Below are positions 40,383 to 50,100 of a stretch of 64,000 nt of DNA, one piece after another. This stretch comes from Guillardia theta CCMP2712 (taxonomy: Eukaryota; Protista; Cryptophyta), in NCBI RefSeq assembly GCF_000315625.1, contig NW_005434602.1, positions 367,848-431,847 of the forward strand. Reading direction: 5' to 3'. Position numbers and translations under genes: made by a program. Every line of letters begins with the position of its first letter. Position 1 is the stretch's first letter. The notes below the pieces were generated by a model. The model was given only the letters and a program-made list of their open reading frames with translations, had not been told where the DNA came from and made no database searches.

Positions 40383-41023
40383 TTGTCAAGCTCGTGTTGG
40401 GACCTAGGTTGCGAGCTTCAGCAGGTCTACCTCAGCTTGACGCGACCATTGATTCCATACCGTACAATACTTGCGGCTAACTGAAATGAATTCCTGGTCA
40501 TGTGAGTCCGACCCGCGCGTGCACAGCAGACTACCGTTGTGTTGACAGTTTGATTCGACTTCACGATTGTACTGGACTGAGAAGACTGCACGATTGGACT
40601 GAGAAGATCGGACTGCACGATTGTCTGAGAAGACTTGGGTCACCGTCTTCATCTGTGTTCATGTCTTCTTCTCATCTTGGGCATATCCGGCCGCCGGCTC
40701 ATAGCGGCTCATCATGCCGCCGCATGATGGTCCCAGCCATCGGTTTTTGTTGCTATCACCCTGGCTATCACCGGTACTACGGTAAACCAAACTGATAATG
40801 AGCCTAACTAAAACTAAACTGAGGAGTTTACTCAAGTGGAAAAGAAAAAGATGTACCGAAAAGGTTTAGTCAAGAGATTTCATTCTACTTTTGAAAGTCC
40901 GCCTCAATTTATGTAATAGAGAAATCATGGATTTCAGTCTTTGAGGACGTAGGTTCTAGATTGTTTCCTCGTGCTGTCAACTGCTGCTCCTTCACTCCTG
41001 CTCGCGTCCTTCTTCTCATCCCT

Positions 41024-42101
41024 ATGCCTCCCTCGCCCCCTTTCCTCACTCGTGCTCTCGTGAGATCTTCCCTTCCCATCGCGTCGCTTTCTCGCCATGT
41101 ACATCGATCTCGAGTCACGTTCACGCATCTTGACGGGACGCCCGGGCCTCTCCATCAGGCGCCAAGACATGTCCTGTCCTCTTTGTGGCACGTGCAAGGA
41201 GTGCTTGGATGCAGTGGCAGAAGGGCGACGGGAGATAGGTGGGCGACTACGGGAGCGGGAGCGGAGAAAGGGAAGGAGACAACTGTACAGGTAGTTATGT
41301 CGACCAAGACACCATCAGCAGGGGGGGTCGGGAGCGCAGCGGCGGAGGAAAGCAGCAACAAGGAAAGGGGAGAGGCAGGGGACGGAGCAGAGGCAGGGGC
41401 GGGAAAGACAGGAGTGGAGGCAGTATCGACAACGGCGTCTCCTTCAGCAGGCGGGAAGGGAGAGTCACCACGAAAGGAGGAAAAAGACAGAAAAAGCAAA
41501 ACAGGGGCGTCGACAGCGAATGTCCCAACATCGAAATCATCTCCGATGAACAGCAAGCGTTTGAACGAAGATGAATGGAAAAAAGTGTTCGAATGTCCCA
41601 CATGCAGAGCTCGCTTCCCCATGTGGAAGAAGCTGTCGGTTCATCTTAAAAGGCGCAAGGTTCTGGCAGCATTTCTCGATCCTTGTTCTGTCTGATGCAT
41701 TCATTGGCAGCATATCCTGCGCGGGGTCGTGAAAACTTGGAAAGAGGTCAAGGAGCTGCTTCAGGTGAAGAAGAACCAGGAAACTCTTGAACCGCAGGTT
41801 TTGTTTGTCGTTGTACTTCAGGTATCTGACTTAGAGCTTGCAGATCGTTGACATGCTCAGAAACATTTATCGGATGCATGACATTGACAAGCCACCGAAG
41901 TTGACTAGGATGGATAGGGACACACGGTTGCCAAAGAAAAAGGGAAAGGTCAAGGGCCAACCTAGCAAAATTCTGGTTAAGCAGAAGTCTAAAAGCTCGG
42001 TCCGTGCAAGTTCGAAGAAAACTACTTCTCGTGCTGCAAGAAAAAGTTCTGCACCTCCCGCCTCCTCTTCAGCTGTTTCGCAGGTTCAGCCAGGGGCATG
42101 A
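41024..42101 (+). CDS. C2H2 zinc-finger protein, paralog of the 20921 gene (3' end uncertain)
   Basis: Same N-terminus; [26 protein letters not shown]|H with the same intron position. Confidence 0.6.
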
Positions 42102-43329
42102 CGGAGGGTTGACAACAAGCCTTTCTTACGCTGATACTTAGTTTTGAGTGGTTTTGGGCATGCAGTCCAGTTCTTCAGCTATACAAAAAGGTTGAATCGG
42201 ACGATGAACGGTTCTGTTACCTTCTGATCATGTCAAAATGCGCCAGTCGCTTGGCTTGGGCATCAGCACATCCGAGCAGTCCTGACCATCTAAAGCCACA
42301 GTCAGCCTGAGAAGATGACATCCAGATGTTGCTGGCAGCTCCTGTCCGCTGTTGATGTCGGAAGGGGAGGGTTTTACGTGCACGATCTACTGACAAATGC
42401 TGGAACGTAGGTATAGTGCATGATTCTCGTATTTGAGTTCGCTGTCAAGGCTGTAAACATTTTTTCATGCGTGTTCCGCTTCGTGCATTACAGGATACAA
42501 GAGCTTGCAAGCTTGAAACAAACCCTGAAAGGCCTTCATTTGTGCATCATACAGATTAAGTTTTTGTGACACGTCAATGTATTTGAGTGACATCCATATC
42601 GAATGTGAGAATGATTTCCTCATTTTCTTTTATCATTGTTCGTTTCCACGATTGTGAAAAACTTATTTGTCCCGAGAGATGCTTTCTCAAAACCTTCCTT
42701 CTTGCTTCCGTAGGGGAGTACTCTAGGATAACTTAGGATATCACCTTCATGCTTGCCTGAATCCCAAGTACGAATTCCGCTTTAGACTAAGATATTTTGT
42801 GAAAGGAGCTTTATACGATGACACTAGAACCTTGTACGAGTACAGACCCACCTTCAAATCAAACTTACAGCATCATAATCAATAGTGAAATCCCTATTAC
42901 CACACATGAGGCTGAATAATTTCCTCAGTCAACATTCTGCATCACCTGATACTGATGATGATAAGGTTTGGTGTTTGCAGCGTTTCGATATTATCTTCGC
43001 TCCCCTGGGACTTGCTACCGCGCTCACTTGTTGTTGGCAGGTCGAAGCCGACTGCTTCGAGCTTAACTGCTGCATCTTCAACAAGGAAGAGCAATTCCTC
43101 AATTTTGATCACCGACCTGTAATTTCATTTGAAAGTAGCTGGATTGAGGAGATCGGGTGGGGAAGGCCATGGTGAACACAATTGTGATCGTCGCAAGTCA
43201 GAGGTTCAGGGTTTAGGGTTATTAAGGACAGCATCATGGTTTAGCGGCTCGTATCCGAGGACTCTGGAAACAAGATTCTCAAGAAATTTTTCCCAAAGGA
43301 TTCCCAAGAAATTTTGAGAGTAGTTGGTA

Positions 43330-43734
43330 TTATTCATTAAAGATACTTAATCTCCTCACTCTCACAATCATGCGCCTAGATAGGCTCCGTCTACCCCTCT
43401 CCATGGTTACAGCCCTGAAGATCTCAGCAAAAGGCTCCGCAACACCGTATCTCTCCGACAGCTTTCTCAGGATCTGGTGTACAGAAGTTATGTACCATAA
43501 TGTCAAACCATGGCAGAATAAGAGCTTGGGACAACCAGCATACTCAATCTGCAGGTCATACGCATGCATCTCAAAATACCTAGCATACAACTCTTTGGGT
43601 ACAATGATTTCATCGGGATCGAACCCGTTGCAAAGCTCCCACATTCTGTACACTGCAATGGGTGATACTTGTGGCTGTATAGGCCGTAGTCGCTGCATTG
43701 TATCGATGAACCGATGACACTGTTGTTCATACAT
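43330..43734 (-). CDS. Hypothetical protein (134 aa)
   Basis: ATG-started ORF of globular composition; no recognised family. Confidence 0.3.
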   Translation of the reverse strand: MYEQQCHRFIDTMQRLRPIQPQVSPIAVYRMWELCNGFDPDEIIVPKELYARYFEMHAYDLQIEYAGCPKLLFCHGLTLWYITSVHQILRKLSERYGVAEPFAEIFRAVTMERGRRSLSRRMIVRVRRLSIFNE

Positions 43735-44196
43735 GCTTATTTCCTCTGCTTTCCACGAAGTCTACGTTGAAATCCATCATCGGCCATTGGTTTTGCAGAG
43801 TAAAGCGATCATGTGGAAGGCTCCGTATAGATCCGAGATAAAGAGTGCTGATGAGATCCCGGTGACTGTTTCCTTCCTCCGCAATGCACAAGTGGAGAAG
43901 CTCTGGCAGGGAAGAGAGGACTTCAAGATCGATGGTCGAGCATTTGCTGCCGTACATGTAAGCATCGTGCATGATCGATCTTTCAAGATTCGAGCCAAGA
44001 GAGGACCGAGGGGCACAGGGGGCAGCTTTGCCGTCTATCGCTATCAGCTGCTGCGCCAGTCCCTGGCAGCGGTACAGCTCCAGCCGCTGGCAGGCATGCT
44101 GGTCGCTGGGCCAGGCCAGCAAGTCCACAAAGGCTTAGGTCAGAAAGGCTTCGTCGCTGTAGGGGCCAACGTCATCTGGAGACAGAGGGAGGTGGA

Positions 44197-45315
44197 GTGG
44201 ATCGGATGGAGGGAGTACACCTGACTCTGTTCAGCGAGGACCCGAAGATCAGAGAGGCGCTCGCAGTCGAGCTGACAGCTGACAGCTTCGTGTCTAGGAA
44301 CAAGCTCAAGAAGGCAGCAAGGATGCAGAAGAAGAAGGCAAGCCGCAGAGACGACAAGGAGATGAAGATCATCATCAAGTCGACGGCAGCATCTGGTCGC
44401 TTCACGAGGAAGGAGATGGAGGGGCTGTGCAACGGCGGCAACACGTCCATGGCAAGAGTCAAGAGAGTCTTGTTGGAGATCGCAAACAGGCTTGACATCA
44501 AAGTTGACGGAATTGACATGGAGGAGGATTTGAACACCAAGTCCTGGAACGGGTCGAAGCTATGCATCTTCCTCGGCTCCACGGACGATGCTCGACGCAT
44601 GATGAAGGAGCTGCCCTTCTATCTCGAAGGCGCAGCAACCAAGCTCGAAGCAGTCGGCTTCGACAGGGAGCCTGAGGCAGCTGGTCAGCGGGGCACCAGC
44701 GACGCAGCGCAGCGACAGGCGGAGAGCGAGGGAGAGTGGCTGGAGTTTACAGGCCTGGAGAGGATCACAATGGAGGCAGCATCTCCGTCAAGCCAAGAGG
44801 ACATGCAGCTCGTCAGCGAGCTGTCAGCAGTCATCGAAGATGCAGCTTCTCTGAACGAGACGGGGACGAGCGAGCCGATCAAGCTGGTCTTGGACAAGGC
44901 CGTTGGCAACCTCCACGACACCTTCTACTCTCCGGGGAGCCTGGAGTTCATGTCGCTGGGAGAGTGGGCGAAGACGCCAGAGGAGCAGGGAGTGGGACGC
45001 AACGTTCTCAAGGAGAAGCTAGCGGAGTGGTTGCACAGCAAGCGCTGGACTCGCGTGCAAGGACCACGGGCAACGGCAGCTGCTGAGCTTGAGCAGGAGG
45101 CGGAGAGCGACGACATAGAGCGTCGATCTCTTAGCTTCCTGTTCATAGCACTGAGTAAATTCGCAGAGATGCATGTGCTGGCCTGCTCGCTGAAGGTGGA
45201 CAAGAAGGACCGACTGCGGGTGGAGATGAGGGAAGATGACGAAGAAGAGGAAGACATGGAAGAAGAGCAAGGCGAGGGCGAGGAAGAAGACGGGGCGAGC
45301 CCGTACCGAGCTTGA
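44197..45315 (+). CDS. Hypothetical protein of a locally duplicated family (copy 1; frame open upstream to ~43975)
   Basis: STxRFxRKEME.LC.GGNTS and RITMEAASPS...LHDTF.SPG..EFM.LG.WA motifs shared with 53499..54908. Confidence 0.6.
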   Translation: MDRMEGVHLTLFSEDPKIREALAVELTADSFVSRNKLKKAARMQKKKASRRDDKEMKIIIKSTAASGRFTRKEMEGLCNGGNTSMARVKRVLLEIANRLDIKVDGIDMEEDLNTKSWNGSKLCIFLGSTDDARRMMKELPFYLEGAATKLEAVGFDREPEAAGQRGTSDAAQRQAESEGEWLEFTGLERITMEAASPSSQEDMQLVSELSAVIEDAASLNETGTSEPIKLVLDKAVGNLHDTFYSPGSLEFMSLGEWAKTPEEQGVGRNVLKEKLAEWLHSKRWTRVQGPRATAAAELEQEAESDDIERRSLSFLFIALSKFAEMHVLACSLKVDKKDRLRVEMREDDEEEEDMEEEQGEGEEEDGASPYRA

Positions 45316-45624
45316 GCTGAGCTCAAGGTAAGGAGAGAAGGTAGGAGGCGACCGAAGGCCAAGGTGAGGAGAGGCAACTCTCCTGACTGAGGCTGAGGAA
45401 GCTGAACGGAGGAGGAGTAGGTGGCGACCGAAGGCCAAGGTGAGGAGAGGCAACTCTCCTGACTGAGGCTGAGGAAGCCAAGAGAAGACAGCAGACGTAG
45501 AAAGTAGAAAGAGACCTCAGAAACAGGGTTCGCATTGTAGGCCGTGTACTCCCAGTGCTCGCGCGCCTCTTTAGACTAGGATCAAATTGCAAAAGCCCAC
45601 AAGGAGGCCGAGCAACACTAGCAT

Positions 45625-45700
45625 TCTAATAAACTCACATAATAATAATAATAATAGGGTTTAGGGTTTAGGGTTTAGGGTTTAGGGTTTAGGGTTTAGG
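45625..45700 (+). repeat. Non-LTR element-type 3' tail plus interstitial telomeric tract: TCTAATAAACTCA CAT(AAT)5 (AGGGTTT)6
   Basis: Matches the element terminus at 63593-63674. Confidence 0.85.
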
Positions 45701-46199
45701 CCAGAGGCATGCTGCTCTGCGGCGCGTAGGAAGAGCGCAAGGGGACCGGAGGAAGCTGCGAGGAAGAGGTTCGTATAGTTCAAAAAGCTTTCTTAGCATG
45801 GTTCTTCAGTATGATGAAAATGTTCGCAACCTGCTGTATCGGAGATCATGCCAATACACGCAGGGCGAGCGCTCTGGAGGCCACGTCGAGGAGGCCGCCG
45901 ACCTCGTCGAGAGGGTGAAGAACTTCGCGAAGCGGTATCCTGGTAGTAGGACAGCTCAGGCTCCTCTTCTTCTGCAAAAACTGTCAATCACTGACTTCCG
46001 TCAAACCACCGGACTTCGAACCCCCAGAGCAAATCAATCAACACCCGACCAGGGACGTAGAGATAGCTTACCCGCTGGAGCCGCCCCCAAAAAAGTAGAA
46101 AAAAAAAGACCAGATTTGCTAGGGGCTGCATATGGGTTTGTGAACGGCATGGAAGGCACGGGAGCCGCTGCTCCGACGGCTCAATCCCAGGCTTCCCAG

Positions 46200-46850
46200 T
46201 GGGCGGGGACTCGGAGTTTCCTACCGTCTGGGTTCCGGGCCGGCGGCCGGCGCCCGGGCCCGCGGCCCGGCCGGGACCGGCCGACTTAGACGGTGAGGCT
46301 CCAGTTTCCTTGCACCCGGGGCCGAGCCTGACTCACAGTAGTACGCTCAGTCTCTCTGACTCAGTGCGGCTTTCAAGTTCCGGGCAGTCACGTTCCTTCA
46401 AGTCCGACGGTCTGACCGTCGGACTCTGCCAGTGACGCGTTGCTCTCAGTTGGATCGAGTCCGAGGCTCAGCCTCGGACTTTGAACGTCGGCGGGCAGTC
46501 ACCAGCCGCTGACTCAGCGGCCCGGCTGAGCCTACTGCCAGGCTCAAACCTGGTCGCCGTCTCACCGTACGGTACGGTCAGTGCCTTCCGACTTCCTTGA
46601 AGTCCGGCGAACTTCGGAAGTTCTACCGTACGACTCTCCTGATTGTCCTCGTACTGATTTTTAACTTAACTTTGAGTAAAGTACACCGTACTACGGTACT
46701 AGTCGTACCGTAACGGTACCCAGAACGGTACCGGGCCGTAGCCTAGCATCCGGGGAGTCCGGCGCGGCGGCCCACTCAGTCCGATCATCCCGGGCCTTTT
46801 CCCCCTCCCCCACCCTGACCGGCTTACCTTCGCGGCGCACGATGCCGCGT
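46200..46850. promoter_or_regulatory. GC-rich island with the conserved 40-nt motif (46642-46681), upstream of the Roco gene
   Basis: Motif identical to 25704-25743. Confidence 0.45.
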
Positions 46851-47134
46851 TACTGTCCTTGCTGCCAGGCAAGGGAGCAACTGCGATGAGATGCTGTTAC
46901 CTTCACTTCCATACTTGATGGAGATGCTTGCGTTGCTCCCCCACATCTTCTTCTCTTGATCATCCACTTCCTCTATTGGCGGCTCCTCTCAGTTCACACT
47001 TGCGGCACAAAGATGACCTCCTGACTCGAATACTGCAGATCGAGATCGATCCTGGTACCGGCGACAGCACGAAATGCGTAATTTGAGTAGCTCCTTGATG
47101 CTGTTATCTGACTTTTTGTCTTGAATGTTATGCC

Positions 47135-50100
47135 ATGGGTTGCCATGTTCTTGTTCGGAAGGCGGTAAGCTTAGCTGGAGCCGATGGAGAGTGCAAGACC
47201 TGCTCGAAGCTTAAAAAAGATCATTATGGATCTTCCATGTACTGCTACGTAAGGAACCGTTCGCTCAGGGGATGATTTGACTGACATTTGATTTTGCGAT
47301 ATCTTTTGTTCTGCTCGCATGGACTGCTGGTGGATCGTATAGCGAGTAAGTATTTTGATCGAAATATGCGGTCACCAGGGGATATTTCGCTGACATTTGA
47401 TTTTGCGATTTCTTTTGGTTTCTGCTCGGATGGGCTGTGAATGGGGCTGCGGATAGTTTGTAAGTATCATGATCGAAATATGCGGTCAGTGGATGATTTG
47501 CTGACTATTTTATTTTGCGATATCTTTTGTTGCTGCTCGGATGGGATGTTGATGGGGCTGGATAGGGAGTAAGTATCTTGCTTGCCAAAAAAATGATGCG
47601 GTCAGGGGCTGATTTGACTGACATTTGATTTTGCGATTTCCTTTGTTTCTGCTCGGATGGACTTCTGGTGGATCGGATAGCGAGTAAGTATCTTGATCGA
47701 AATATGCGGTCCAATCAGGGGATGATTGGACTGACATGTATTTTGAAAATCTTATCGCTTTTTTGCTTGGATGGATGGAATGTTGCTGGACAGGTGGTAA
47801 GTGACGAATATTCAAGATGCACTCAGGGAACGATTGGCTGACATAATTTCGTGTATTGTTTTTCGATTTCTCATCGGATTGGTGGTTGGTTGGGCTGGCT
47901 AGGTGGTAAGTTAGAATCATGAAATATGCGGTCAGGGGACGATTTGCTGACATTTGATTTTGCGGTTTCTTTTGTTGCTGCTCGGATGGGATGTTGATGG
48001 GGCTGGATAGGAAGTAAGTATCTTGCTTGAAATGATGCGGTCAGGGGCTGATTTGACTGACATTTGATTTTGCGATATCTTTTGTTTCTGCTCGGATGGG
48101 TTTCGGGATCGGATAGTATGTAAGTATCTTACTTGCCAAAAAAATGATGCGGTCAGGGGACGATTTGCTGACATTTGATTTTGCGATTTCCTTTGTTTCT
48201 GCTCCGATGGGCTGCTGATGGGACTGGATAGGTGGTAAGTTTATTGTTGAACAATACGGTCAGGGGGTGATTTCGCTGACATTTGATTTTGCGATATCTT
48301 TTGTTTCTGCTCGGATGGGTTGCGGGATCGGATAGTATGTAAGTATCTTGTTTGAAATGATGCGGTCAGGGTATGATTTCGCTGACATTGGTTTTGTATT
48401 TCTCTGTGTTTGGTGTGGGATGGATGGGTTTTTCAATCGGATAGACGGTAAGTATCTTGATCAAAATATGCGGTCATGGAACGATTGGCTGACATGTTCT
48501 TGTGTTTTTATTGGTTTTTCATCGAATGCGCTGCTCGTGGGTCTGGATAGCCGGTAAGTGACGATTATGAACGATGCGCTCAGGGGATGTTTCGCTGACG
48601 TTGGTTTTGCGATTTCTTTTGTTCCTGCTCTGATTGGCTGTGAATGGGGCTGGATAGGATGTAAGTATCTTGATTGACATGATGCGGTCAGGGTATGATT
48701 TAGCTAACAATTAGTTTTGTTCATTTCAGTGCTGCATATGCTACTTGGACAATGAGTCTGAAGAGAGAAGGCAAGAACGCATGTGTAAGCACTGCAAGGA
48801 GCGCCGTTCTTGTATGCACCGTCTTGAGCAAGAGCTGGTATCCGCAAGGCTCAGCAGGCAGGACGCCATCGCCAAGATCGAGGAGGTCCGCAAGCACATC
48901 GACAACCTAGGGAAGCCTTTTGCCAAGAGGCTGGACCTTGTCAAGTGTCACTACATCTTCGGGAAGCAAGAGTTAGAGCCTTCTGCTGTGGATGAGATGA
49001 AGCAGCTACTGGTGGGCGGAGAGCTCGGGAGCTGCTACGACAGCAAGGAGGGCAAGCTCGACATGTCTTTGCGCACAGATAGGATGAAACGATATGTGAT
49101 ACGAGATCTGAGGATGAAGAGCCTCCCTGGCTGGATCTCCAAGCTCGGAATTGCATTTCAAGTCATTGACGTGTCTGGTAACCCCAGCCTCTCCCGCCTT
49201 CCCCTGGTTGAGCTGTGCAGCATGGAGTCTAGTCTGAAGAAGGTGAAGTGCGACAGCTGCGTTAGGCTGCAGCTGCCTCCGCCTGAGATCGCCAGTCAGG
49301 GAGGAGAAGCTTCGTTGACGTACCTGAAGAGCGTCAAGAAAGACAGCGAAGCAAACAAGCGGATCAATCTTATTTTGATCGGCAACGGGGAGGCGGGCAA
49401 GACGAGCGTGTTGGAAGCTCTGAGGTCCAAGGACGGAAGAGCTGGCAAGATCGATGTCGACAATAGAACGATCGGGATAGATCTGCATAGGTGGGAACCT
49501 GAAGATGCTGACGGGCTGACGTTCGACGTGATGGACTTTGGGGGGCAACAGATCTACGCCAAGACCAACCAGTACTTCATCGTGAGGCGGGCCTTGTACT
49601 TGCTGGTGTGGAGCGTGATGCCGTTATCAGACATTCAGACTGACACAGAAGTCGGGACATACGTGGACAAGCTGAAGGCGATGATCTCCACTTGGTTGCG
49701 AGCAATGCAGGCGAGAGTGCCGGGGGCGAGTGTCCTGCTGGTAGCGACGCACATTGACTTGGCCGAGCAGCTTGAGGTGAAAGATCAGTGTGAGGAGGTG
49801 AGGCGATGTGTGGAACAGGAGCTGAAGAAGATGTCGGAGGAGGAAGACGAGAACATCCTTCCGTTGCGCGTCATACGCGAAGGCGCGAGCTTCACGGTGG
49901 ACTGCTTGAAGGGGGACGGAATCAAGGGACTGCGAGATTCTGTGTGCATGGCGGCGAAGGGGATGCTGTGGTGGAATGAGACCATACCTCGACCTTATCT
50001 AACTTTGCGAAAGGATGTCGAGCAACTGGCAAAGACTAAACCTTACACCAATGCAAAGCATTTCTTGTGGATGGTGAACAAAGCAGGGGTGAGCACCAAC

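Noticed and set aside
45545-45579. Helitron 3' end (CTAG) at the duplication boundary, also at 52755
   Set aside because: No convincing subterminal hairpin, and CTAG is followed by G or A rather than T.
47249-48729. CRISPR array or LRR-coding exon array
   Set aside because: No unique spacers and no cas genes; the unit translated by hand has stops in all + frames. Splice-signal structure explains the array better. Minus-strand ORFs here are repeat by-products.
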